Shown piece after piece: positions 54,417 to 64,000 of a stretch of DNA of 64,000 nucleotides. This DNA is from Paramoeba atlantica (taxonomy: Eukaryota > Protista > Discosea). Position 1 is the first letter of the stretch. Every line of letters begins with the position of its first letter. The position numbers and the translations under genes are program-made. Under the pieces are notes generated by a model, which was not told where the DNA came from, did no database searches, and saw only the letters and a program-made list of their open reading frames with translations. The DNA is taken from assembly GCA_977017575.1 (NCBI GenBank), contig CDRNVI010000040.1, forward strand, positions 248,001 through 312,000, given 5' to 3'.

Positions 54417-57371
54417 ATGGTATCAATATTCTTGTTCTCCTTGATTGTTTTGTCCTCAAGTGAGTACTGCTTAACAAAGAGAGGATTGTCAAGTTTATCG
54501 GGCGCGCAATGGCACGTTCCTTATGTCAGGAATTCAGACGAGGATTCCGTCAACCGCACTCCTCTGGAGCATAGAGATACAAAGAGGCGAAGATTTTCTG
54601 CCCGAACACATTGTCACAGCAATTCGATAACACGATATTCCGCTGAAGGGGAAAAATCATACGCTAAACCTTCCAAAAGTTCCGACACCATGGACCATAT
54701 GCAAACTGAAGATTCCTCAAACATAGATCGATCACTCTCCCAGTTAAATTCGGCAATCAAACGTGATGTGGAGAAAGTACATCCGATTACCACACAATCC
54801 GCATTATTCGAATTCAGCAACATAGAGAGAGACACTGCTCCCTCATTGGGCAATCTACCATCCGTTTCGCCAACACCAATACTTCCCACGAAGTCGTTTC
54901 CGCCGGTCCTGTCTAGAAATATTTCCCATAAAGGGAATACTGTTGCCATGGAATCATCGCGACCTAAAATGAGGAGTAAAAAACTCCGTACAGTCAGCAC
55001 GCCTCGCATGGTGCATGCATGGAAAGAAACCGAAACTTCAGGGCCACATGGTACACAACCCAATGGAGCAGTTCACCAACTGCCAATGACCGTAAAAAAG
55101 CCAGGTCATCCCGTAGATAACACCCTGCACTCGATGGTCCGGCTTACCGAAGCGCGAGATACCCATGCGCACAGTGATAAACCAGCGGGCATGAAAGTGC
55201 AAGATGTTGTTCTGCATGTGCAACGCTTTTTGGAAAAGATAGAGCTTCAATGGGAAGAATCTATGGAGTTCGCCACAGCACCAGAAGTTGTGAAACCGGA
55301 GACCTTATATCAGGATAGTCTGTATGACGACATTGCACCCTGCGTGTTCGCGAACTTAATGAAACGAACTTCCTTTTTTGCACTGACGACTCGTCTAAGT
55401 CACTTGCTCAGCCTTTACATCACGAATCCTTGGGTAGAAGTTTTGAAAATTTACCTATTTGCCCCTCATGAGGATAAAACAGAAGATTTTTCGCAGGCAG
55501 GTACAGAACTGGATTCTGAAGTGGGAATCGACATGATGATAGGAGGCATCACTAAAACGGTCGCTCAATACATGGATCTCTTACAAAGACGGCCCCCATT
55601 TATAGTTGAATTGATACGCGTTCGTCCAACAGTGCACCTGGAAGAATCTGGAATAGACGAATCCTCTAATAAGAAACATTTTCTGCATCAATGGAAGGAG
55701 AGATTATGTGCTGCTCTTGCCGATCCGAAAAATGTGGAGCTTAAGACAAATGCACACGTGCGAAATTTCGTTCAACAAAAGGTTCGGGTAAGTCAGATAG
55801 AAGATGATGTGCTGTTATCCGAGCTTTTGGTGTACGAGTCCAAGAAGAGCTCGACAGACTCTAAGCACGGTTTGGTTGATACTTCTCCGCAAAATGTACC
55901 AATGGAAAAGCACGAAGACGAAATTCCCTCTCCGATCGGAGAGGAAGAGGTGGATGCCCCATTGTCGATGTCAGACATCGTCAGTAGTATGAACGAAACA
56001 CCTCAGGTTGGATTCACCACACTCCCCGATTTTGGAATTCATCGAAGAGAAATGTCTTGTGGCATAGAAATTGATAACATCTTTGGAACGGCAGATCGAT
56101 CAACCAAAAATTTGGCAATGGAAATAGCTCTACAAAAAACTGTCGACGTAGCACTACTTCGTATGGTCAGGCAAGCTCATCAATATGCACAACATCACGA
56201 AGAAGCACGACTTTGCACAGTTACATTTCGTGTACAAAAATTATTAACTTACAAGCTTGGGCATCGTACGCACGGAATCGATTTACAGACAGATTCAGCG
56301 TATTTTTCAGCCATAGCGCAACTCCCGAGGATGCTAGCCGTCGCCTTCTTAAGATTACAGGGAATCGAAATGGTGAATTCACTTTCTCCTAATATACAAT
56401 TCCACCTTGTGTTGCCAGACTTACCTGAGGATAAGAGATGCATTTTGGAGTCTTCTTTAGAGCACGTACGCAAGGAGCTTAGTAACCCGCTTTCGCTGTC
56501 TTCCCCTATTTTCGGTCGTTTATTTGCCTCCCCAGCTCTAACTCATTCACAAAGTACAACATCTTTTCTTACAAAAGAGAGACAAGGAGCAAGCTGGTCA
56601 CCTCCGCTCCGCGCCAAGTCGGAGCTTTTGTACACACCAGGACTTGATATTATGAACCTAGGGGATTCTCTTACACGAAAAGAAGACTCCGGACAGGGCT
56701 TCCGGGTGTCAAGGGGTAGACCACAACGTAAGCTCCTTGTGCTGGATCTTGACCACACCATATTACACACAACTAGGAAAATGGAAGCTAGGTCGTCCAT
56801 TGTGCTTAGAACAAGCGAGTCAGAGTGGTTCTACCTCCACTTTCGTCCCCATCTGCGGTCATTTTTGGAATACATGGTATCACAATTTCATGTCGCAGTC
56901 TTTACCGCAGGGACGACGCAATATGCTGACAAAGTGATAAAATTGGTACAGCAGCATGTGTATCCAGAGTTCTCGCCTCTGAGAATTTTTAGCCGGGAGC
57001 ATTGTACAAAGTTTTCAGGCCCAGGTCTACATGCGTCTTATGTAAAAGATCTTCTGCATAAACTACGGGACATTCATTTTGGGGACCTTAGTAGCGTTTT
57101 TATCATCGATGATACTCCCGCGTCTTATGTACTAAACGTGCGGAACGCCTACCCTGTCCCTTCGTGGAAATTTGACTACAAGAACGATTCTGTTCTGAAG
57201 GAAACAGTATCTTGGCTTCAGAGACTAGAAAAAGCTGACACTGTATATTGCGTTTTACAGGAATATCAGCACTATATAATGCTACGCGCAGCGTCCCCCA
57301 CTAGAGAAGCAAATACGCAGGACACTTCCTTGATTTTGCCTGAAAAGCATGAGCCTAGGGAAGAGATTTAG
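54417..57371 (+). CDS. Large protein with C-terminal FCP1/SCP (NIF) HAD phosphatase domain
   Basis: LVLDLDHT (DxDxT), FRPHLRSFL, VFTAG, FSREHC, YVKDL, IIDDTP. Confidence 0.88.
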   Translation: MVSIFLFSLIVLSSSEYCLTKRGLSSLSGAQWHVPYVRNSDEDSVNRTPLEHRDTKRRRFSARTHCHSNSITRYSAEGEKSYAKPSKSSDTMDHMQTEDSSNIDRSLSQLNSAIKRDVEKVHPITTQSALFEFSNIERDTAPSLGNLPSVSPTPILPTKSFPPVLSRNISHKGNTVAMESSRPKMRSKKLRTVSTPRMVHAWKETETSGPHGTQPNGAVHQLPMTVKKPGHPVDNTLHSMVRLTEARDTHAHSDKPAGMKVQDVVLHVQRFLEKIELQWEESMEFATAPEVVKPETLYQDSLYDDIAPCVFANLMKRTSFFALTTRLSHLLSLYITNPWVEVLKIYLFAPHEDKTEDFSQAGTELDSEVGIDMMIGGITKTVAQYMDLLQRRPPFIVELIRVRPTVHLEESGIDESSNKKHFLHQWKERLCAALADPKNVELKTNAHVRNFVQQKVRVSQIEDDVLLSELLVYESKKSSTDSKHGLVDTSPQNVPMEKHEDEIPSPIGEEEVDAPLSMSDIVSSMNETPQVGFTTLPDFGIHRREMSCGIEIDNIFGTADRSTKNLAMEIALQKTVDVALLRMVRQAHQYAQHHEEARLCTVTFRVQKLLTYKLGHRTHGIDLQTDSAYFSAIAQLPRMLAVAFLRLQGIEMVNSLSPNIQFHLVLPDLPEDKRCILESSLEHVRKELSNPLSLSSPIFGRLFASPALTHSQSTTSFLTKERQGASWSPPLRAKSELLYTPGLDIMNLGDSLTRKEDSGQGFRVSRGRPQRKLLVLDLDHTILHTTRKMEARSSIVLRTSESEWFYLHFRPHLRSFLEYMVSQFHVAVFTAGTTQYADKVIKLVQQHVYPEFSPLRIFSREHCTKFSGPGLHASYVKDLLHKLRDIHFGDLSSVFIIDDTPASYVLNVRNAYPVPSWKFDYKNDSVLKETVSWLQRLEKADTVYCVLQEYQHYIMLRAASPTREANTQDTSLILPEKHEPREEI

Positions 57372-57758
57372 ACGCCTTAAACTCATTCTGAGTATGACTA
57401 AAAGTCAAGACTAATCTTTTTGTTTTGCGTAATACATGACGCAATATACATTCCTGGTATGAAAGTAGAATGTCCGAAGTAGACGTCAGGAAATTGTCTT
57501 GGGCGCTAGGAAAATAAACCTGAGGTTTGCGAGCTCGTATTATTTTTAGCAAAACTTCCAATAGTTGGATAGCAATGTGCTTCTTTTTGCAATGTATTAG
57601 AGAAAAGTAATGTGTAGGTGTGTTTTGAGAGTAGGGTAGCGAAGTTTAGCGTACCTCTAAAAGGAGTATACCGGATTAATAACTTGTTATGATCCTATCA
57701 TAGTTTTCGATTTTTTAGTATTTGTGTTTGATGGCGTTAGTCCTTCGTCTGACTGCAC

Positions 57759-58883
57759 ATGATCAGTGAGTCTATTACCGAAAATATTGGAGTACATCTA
57801 CCAATATCTCTGAAACCATCCTGGACGGCCGCTGTCTGTGTTTTTGTGCCATTAGCTTGGTTTGGAATTAATCAGTTTAGTTATGATTTAACGCCGTTGA
57901 GAAAAAAGATTTGCTTTTGGCGACAAACTCCAAAGTATTGGATTCCTTCACGAGTTCCTGGAAGTCACAAAGGACTTGTGGAATACATACAAGAAAACAC
58001 TGAAAGCTTTGAAAGGAATGGGGTGCCTCTTTTATCGAGACCTATTCCGGAACTCATGTGCAATTTTTTTCTTCCGGATGGAAATCCAATTTCTTTGCAC
58101 AGTCCTGAACTTGTGTTGGGGTTTCACAAATACATACAAATGCTCGAAGCACGAGGAAGGGAAATGTCCGCTCTTTTTCCCCAACTCTCGACATTGGCAA
58201 AAACGCAATACCTCATAGTGCAGTACTTTGACTTCACTTTGTTTGGATACCGTTCAAAAGGTTGCAGAACACACACCATCGGAACTTGGCCTTTTCGCAA
58301 AAAATGCACATTGCAAGGTTTCGCAGTCCAAGTCGGACCTCGTCCCGGGACTTTGTTACCACTCTCTGACGCTCAGTACACACAAGCAGTCGAAGCCACG
58401 TATGTGTGCCGCTTTGACGAGTATTACAAGGTCGTCTTGGAGTCGAAAGGGGCATCACAAGCCAGTCTAATGCAGCATAAAGCATCGCAAAACGTTTGTT
58501 TTTTGTCTGAGGATGCGTTTTTACGCGCAATACTTGCAGCTCAAACACCACCCCGGCCTGGCGGTGATCAAACTTTTCAATCAACGAATAGAACACGTAA
58601 TATATCAACCTGTAGACAAAGGTGGAAGCTTTCAAACTTTTCGAGCATGATAATCAAACGATTAGCTAAGCCTCGTAGCGGAGTACTGCCTTTAATTGTG
58701 GTGATCCTAGCGAAAAAATTATATAAATCATCTATGAGAGAATCGAGATTGTCATCCGTTTCTCCAAACATGGCGACAGCTTCATCAACTATTTTCCTAT
58801 TGCTGAGAACACTTTTTCCTACCAATGCTGATGATCATAATGGAGTGTATCGATTCTTTAGATACTTTCTAAGCGTTTTTTAG
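57759..58883 (+). CDS. hypothetical protein; last ~100 codons may be antisense read-through
   Basis: First ~270 aa are protein-like; the tail overlaps a helical-looking minus-strand ORF (58577-58825). Confidence 0.55.
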   Translation: MISESITENIGVHLPISLKPSWTAAVCVFVPLAWFGINQFSYDLTPLRKKICFWRQTPKYWIPSRVPGSHKGLVEYIQENTESFERNGVPLLSRPIPELMCNFFLPDGNPISLHSPELVLGFHKYIQMLEARGREMSALFPQLSTLAKTQYLIVQYFDFTLFGYRSKGCRTHTIGTWPFRKKCTLQGFAVQVGPRPGTLLPLSDAQYTQAVEATYVCRFDEYYKVVLESKGASQASLMQHKASQNVCFLSEDAFLRAILAAQTPPRPGGDQTFQSTNRTRNISTCRQRWKLSNFSSMIIKRLAKPRSGVLPLIVVILAKKLYKSSMRESRLSSVSPNMATASSTIFLLLRTLFPTNADDHNGVYRFFRYFLSVF

Positions 58884-59880
58884 CCCGCTGTATAAAAGTC
58901 TGTGGTATAAATAACACAGTAGCTCTTTTGTTTCTCCGACAGTCTTATTCTTTGGGTCTTCGCCAGACAAATAAATGAGGAGAAATCGTTTTTTCTCCGA
59001 TTTTATAAACATAGAAAAGAAATCCTATAAAATTGGGCTCTATGATGTTTGCTTCCAAAAACACAGTCCGCGCATACCTTGACCAGCGCATGTATGGCCG
59101 TGTCGGCTGCAGCGCATGTTTCCGCATACCTGAACGTGGCATTGGTAGGCACAGTTTAGTACTGTCCCGTGCTCTAGGGAGCGAGAAAGCCATGATTTGA
59201 GCGCAGAAAATGGTATCGTACTTTCGGGTCACTCTTGATCACAGAAAATCATGTAGCATGCCGGCCCAAGAAATTTTTCTTAGTCAGTTTGCCCCTGAGT
59301 GGGTACTGTCCGTATTGTGCGGTCCTTCAGTCCGTACATAGCTTATACTGCTTGTGTGAAATCAGAAGTGGAAGCGCCTCCGTTAGCGTACAAGGAGACT
59401 TTCCTATCGACGAGGTGGACCATAGAAATCTTGTCCTCCAACATGATACGAAATACGTGGTGTCCACGGTGGTGTCTTTCGATAGAAAATTTTCTATCCC
59501 CATCGTTTTCCAACTTTGCTTGTGTCATAACATGGGAATTTTTTAGTATCTGGCCCGCGAACGAAAATTTGACAATACAGTCAAAGGGTCTTCGCGCTCG
59601 ATTCGTTGTATTTCAACTTCTCTTGAAGCACTTTCCACTCTGTGATTTTCGGCTCGGACCGCCTCTTGGAGTGCTGCCCGCGCGTTCGTACGCTGTATGC
59701 AGTCTTGCACGGTAAAAATGATTGCACAATCCTTTAAAGGAAACAATTTTCCCATCTACGCACGGCTTACACTTCCTGGTATATTTACCACTGGTGCACG
59801 CTTCCGCATACTTCTCCCGGTCGTCCTTAATTTGGACGTTCACGCAGTGCTGTGTACTTAGACGATGCGTGTTGTCGGCT
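58577..59880 (-). pseudogene. Fragmented coding relic downstream of the Merlin-SWIM ORF
   Basis: Successive protein-like minus-strand segments in shifted frames (59613-59880 Cys-rich, 59543-59755 coiled-coil, 59343-59528, 58577-58825). Confidence 0.4.
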
Positions 59881-59884
59881 ATTA

Positions 59885-61138
59885 TTATGGCTGACGCATT
59901 TCTCTCAATCCGTTTTCATCCACCCCAAGTTCCCGCATCAAAATGAAATATATATGCTTACATCGATTGCCCAGACGTCCGTCACGGCAAGTGCATCGAG
60001 CACCACCAGGACCAACATAAATAGTGTAGTGGCGGTCAGTGGCACTTTTTATCATATACTTGTGGAATCCCATTTCATCCCTTCCATATCTGCGTTTGAG
60101 TCTTATATGTTCAGTGAGCGCTCGACCTAGTCGCGTGGTTGGGCTTTCATAATCTTCCTGAAGGTCCTCACTAGAGTCACTGGAAACTTCCGCATCTTCT
60201 TCATTTGACTGATCTCCGTATACCGCGCTATTGTCAGAGGAGTATCTCGCCATAACAGTCATAGGGTTCTGAAAACGCTTTTTAGCTTCCGCCTTGAAGA
60301 AGACCGTGCAAATAAAATGCGCTCGTGCCTGACAGCTTTCCAAACTTCTGCCCCATTTGTGAAAAAAACGCTTGCAGTAACCCTTTACACTGGCATGGGC
60401 AGACTCTGCGTTGTTGATATGAATGTTGACGTGCGGGGAGTGCTCTCGCGAGAATGCATCAGCGTGGCAAATAGTGTAATGTCGGCAAAAGGCATCGATT
60501 CCACGATATGCAGCCCACTCATCAGTAATTACCATGGCATTTCTATTTTCTATGACTGATCGGACAAACCTGTGGCAAACCTCTCTCGTTCGGCGAACCG
60601 TTGCCTCCCAGTATGTTTGCAATGATTTCCCGGTGTTTGGATCAACCTCTGTAGCCGTCATAAACCAGAACTTTTGTTTGCGGACTTGTCTCCCGCGATG
60701 GTGCAGGCGTTTCCCAATGTATGTCTCATCCACCATAACGTACTTCATGAGCATGTGCGGGGAACGGGGAATGCTGAATATGCGTTCAATTTCACTTAGG
60801 TCTGTAAGAACTGAACGAAGAGACCTGAGCGCTTGCAAAGCTGCGTTCAAGGGCAGGTTACCTTGCGCTAGAAGCAGCCAACATCGAAATTTATCAACAA
60901 TTCGACAGTTTAAAGGAAAAAAGGGGCCAAATTTCGGAATTTTTAGGCGGCACTTCGAACCGTCTTCGAGTTTTTTGAAGCATTGATCGCTTCTCGGTTT
61001 CTCTTTGCAGCGAAGACACTGTGTATAAGCCCCGAAAGAGTGATTTACTAGCCAGGAAACAACATTCTCTGACGTTATTTGCAAAATTGACGTAACTAGC
61101 GTCAAGCACGCAAAAGTTCTACACCCTGAGCAGTCCAT
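59885..61138 (-). mobile_element. Merlin (ISXO2-like DDE) transposase fused to a C-terminal SWIM zinc finger
   Basis: VDETYIG, ITDEWAAY, HINNAES; acidic linker; YTIYVGPGGARCTCRDGRLGNRCKHIYFIL (CxC...CxH). Confidence 0.85.
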
Positions 61139-61450
61139 TCAATGGTTTAAGACGTAAACAAAGCTTAAAAGTGGGTGAAAATGACTCAAAACTATCAAGT
61201 AAATAATTAATCACACATTTTTTTTTTGACAAAAAAAAGTAAAAAAAAAATGAAATTTAGGGTACAGTTTGACTGCATATTACCCGCATTTTTTTCAAAA
61301 AACTGTAGAATTTTTCACTTTGAAAAATCATAATTTTTTTAATTTTTTTAAAAAAATTAAAAATGCGGGAAACGTATTATCACATGACACGTAACTCAGT
61401 GAGAGCTCTCGAATGCGCTCTTATTTTCCAAAATTGGGCGAGTTATATGA

Positions 61451-61486
61451 ATTTTGACCCCCCCCATATTTTCGTGCACCTCCCTG
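61451..61486. mobile_element. Solo Tc1-like terminus (...GGTGCAC-containing end CCCTG|TA)
   Basis: ATTTTGACCCCCCCCATATTTTCGTGCACCTCCCTG|TA, 350 bp upstream of the transposase; partner end not found. Confidence 0.4.
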
Positions 61487-61602
61487 TATAAAGCTGTACT
61501 AAAGTGGTAAATTTACCATAAGAGGTGTGTATAACCCGTGTAAGGATTTTGATTCTTAATATTTGCGCATCATGTCCCGCTTTGCAACTTTTTATTGAAT
61601 AC

Positions 61603-63051
61603 ATGGATGTAGTTTCGCAATTCGTTTCTGATCTATTATTTTTCGGTACTTTACTCGCGAAAATGCTGCGGAATACGCACGATGTGATTTCTATGCTTGT
61701 AAGTAATCGTGCTTTACCGGCCAATTCAGCCGATTCACGCGCACGATCTCAAAACATGTATGACTCTCAACGCTCTCAATCTTTAAAGTCTAGGGCTAAT
61801 TCAGATGCTCGAACTCACGGAGATCGAGAAGATGGTTCAAAAGAAGTAAAATTATTGCAAAACAAACGCCCACGTAGTGAAATCACACACCCACGTGCAC
61901 ACGAGTATTTTATTCCGTCAACTTATCCGGAGTCAACACAATTTTACTCGTCTGAAGGTAGACCAAGTTTGAGCTACCCAAACACTCTACATGAAGAACC
62001 TTCCCTTAATCGATCAAAAAGCTTAGTACATCCTCAAGTTACAATTCCCGTGCATAAAAATCATTCTTCAACTGAAATTTCTCCTGTGCATAATACACCA
62101 GATTGGCAAAGTACATTGCGGACTTCAAGGCCGGCTACAGACTACATACCGGAGACTCAATTTCAATTTGAAGGGAACGGATACGAGTCAGGTTCTTTAA
62201 TCTCCGGAAAAGATCACGTGACATATGGGCAGCATCCCAACTATCGAACAAGTGCAGAATCTTCTGTCCCAGCAGGATCGCATAGAATACAGGGTTCCAT
62301 GCACATTGATCAAGTTTCGAATGATTATTCGCGGCATTCTCAATCCGACATGAGAGCCCAAAACATGGCACTAGTTAAAATGCATGCCACAAATGCCGTC
62401 AGGCAACCACGTGGGGTTTCCACGCGATTTCGCGGAAACGAAGTACCTTTTGAACCACACGCACATGAACTCAAAGTAAGCGAATGTGGCATGGCGAGTG
62501 GACCTTCAGAAGCCATAAGGGCCGCAGACCTGCATTCTACGTATTCTACGCTGCGTGAAACTACGAACTTTCCTCGAGTTTCGGATTATCATGACCGAGT
62601 CTCACCTTCCCCTTCTTATCCGGTGAGTGATGCGTTACGAGAAGGGTCTGTTCTTTATACCAAGCTTTTAGATATTTCCGTTTTTCAAGATGATCCACGC
62701 AGCAAGCTACATCATAACTCAAACATTCGTGGCTCGCGTGAGAAAGAGTCTCGGAGCGAAAGACGCATAGTGCAGGTCAGACATGTGCAGCGCCAGGGTG
62801 AGCACGTAACCGTGGTAGTCGAAGTGATGGACCAAGTTACTACCCCGTATAACATTTCTAAAACACCAAGGAAAACGGATAAACCTTCCGAAGAGGGCCA
62901 TATTTTAAGTCCAAGTGGTCGCTTGCTCACACTGCGCGTAAAAGATCTAGACTTAGGTGAAAACGCCATGTACGAAAATCGAAATAGAGAGCCTTCTTTT
63001 CTGCCAACAGTTGTTCCTCTTTCGGAAGTGCATTCTGTCTACGTCGTCTGA
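61603..63051 (+). CDS. hypothetical Ser/His-rich protein with small globular C-terminal domain
   Basis: Long ORF (open from 61525), mostly disordered; start uncertain. Confidence 0.7.
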   Translation: MDVVSQFVSDLLFFGTLLAKMLRNTHDVISMLVSNRALPANSADSRARSQNMYDSQRSQSLKSRANSDARTHGDREDGSKEVKLLQNKRPRSEITHPRAHEYFIPSTYPESTQFYSSEGRPSLSYPNTLHEEPSLNRSKSLVHPQVTIPVHKNHSSTEISPVHNTPDWQSTLRTSRPATDYIPETQFQFEGNGYESGSLISGKDHVTYGQHPNYRTSAESSVPAGSHRIQGSMHIDQVSNDYSRHSQSDMRAQNMALVKMHATNAVRQPRGVSTRFRGNEVPFEPHAHELKVSECGMASGPSEAIRAADLHSTYSTLRETTNFPRVSDYHDRVSPSPSYPVSDALREGSVLYTKLLDISVFQDDPRSKLHHNSNIRGSREKESRSERRIVQVRHVQRQGEHVTVVVEVMDQVTTPYNISKTPRKTDKPSEEGHILSPSGRLLTLRVKDLDLGENAMYENRNREPSFLPTVVPLSEVHSVYVV

Positions 63052-63414
63052 CTTGCAAGGTACAGTGCAAGGTACAGTGCCGTTTTGAATGGCAGATCAA
63101 CAAGGACATGGGCAGCCCGTTCAAGTAGTTTTCCATACTTTCATACCTGTAGGTGCCTTCAGACGTCGAAGAGGCTCGAATTGCGAACGGACATCATAAT
63201 TTAGTATTCTTGTATTCAGTTTTGGTGGATGTACACACGTTGCTGAAAAACCTACATGCTTAAATCCCATTCCTAGTCCCTTTAAATCGCTAAACTGAAC
63301 TCCAAATACACTTCATTTTTCTCTCCCCAAAAAAGTCAAACACACCCCTACTTTCCCCTTCCCAACACCTCTACCCACACCTTATCTTCTCCTCCCTCCC
63401 TCCCTCCCTCCCCC

Positions 63415-64000
63415 ATGCTCCACGACCTCTCCGACCCCGCCCAGTTCTCCCCCCCCGAACCCGACCCCACCCCCTTCACCGCCCTCCCCCGCTACCAGCA
63501 CTGGCGCAAGCGCGTCCGTGAGCTCTACCAAACCCTCTTCGTCTACGTCCCCGACCACCCCACCCCCACCCTCGCCCTCCTCCCCTACGTCCGCAACCTC
63601 CCCCGCGACCCCACCGTCGAGCACACCCTCGTCGTGGGCTCCCGCCGCCCCCCCGGGGCCCAGTCCTATCTCAGCCTGCTGAAGGCCAACACCCCCGCCC
63701 CCTCCACGCTCCCGGCCGACCCCGACACCGGGGAGCTCGGGGGCTACGGCCACGCCCCGGCCTCCTGCCGCGTCCGCCCCGACCTCCGCCTCTACCACAA
63801 CGGCGGGGTGCGACGCGTGCGGTGGGTCCCGTGGAACCCCAACCTGCTGGTGAGTGTGAGTACGGACGGCAGGGGGTACGTGTTTGACAAGACGGAGATT
63901 GCGCGGTCGAGGCGGCCGAACCACCCCGGGAGGGTGGCGCTGCCGGTGATGCCGCGGTCGGGGCGGGAGACGGGGGAGATGGGGGACGTCACGAGGAGTA
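63415..64000 (+). CDS. RBBP4: RBBP4/MSI1-like histone-binding WD40 protein (5' part, runs off the window; absent from the ORF track)
   Basis: Manual translation: YQHWRKRVRELY...HTLVVGS...GELGGYG...HNGGVRRVRWVPWNPNLL...YVFD matches the CAF1C H4-binding region and first WD repeat. Confidence 0.85.
   Translation, partial: MLHDLSDPAQFSPPEPDPTPFTALPRYQHWRKRVRELYQTLFVYVPDHPTPTLALLPYVRNLPRDPTVEHTLVVGSRRPPGAQSYLSLLKANTPAPSTLPADPDTGELGGYGHAPASCRVRPDLRLYHNGGVRRVRWVPWNPNLLVSVSTDGRGYVFDKTEIARSRRPNHPGRVALPVMPRSGRETGEMGDVTRS

Noticed and set aside
59060-59530. Ulp1-like protease relic downstream of the Merlin-SWIM ORF
   Set aside because: There is some resemblance in overall pattern, but His/Asp/Gln/Cys spacing does not fit and the catalytic Cys is absent.
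1-64000. tRNA, rRNA or spliced-leader RNA genes
   Set aside because: No cloverleaf with T-arm consensus, rRNA-like segment or SL exon was recognised by eye; tRNAscan/Infernal are needed to exclude them formally.

Overview
Gene-dense eukaryotic nuclear DNA, most consistent with a kinetoplastid. The evidence is JBP2, a kinetoplastid-length mL53, and about 37 apparently intron-less host CDS all on the + strand with pyrimidine tracts before many ATGs, i.e. one polycistronic unit. The compactness, Merlin transposases and LRR family suggest a Perkinsela-like prokinetoplastid (inference). Recognisable genes include NSUN2/Trm4, LSm5, SAC1, a sulfurtransferase, eIF1, mL53, JBP2, NLE1, RPT2, TRM112, Tctex-1, SRP72, HROB, an FCP1-like phosphatase and RBBP4 (partial). 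The only minus-strand coding material is transposon-derived or decayed: two ISXO2/Merlin transposases (one fused to a SWIM finger) and relics. Intergenic DNA holds several TIR elements (MITEs), some nested. The most striking unexplained signal is four ~1 kb GC-rich islands inside conserved genes, where the sense strand flips from C(A)-rich to G(T)-rich at synonymous sites around a central point. No tRNA, rRNA or CRISPR array was recognised. All calls were made by eye without database searches.
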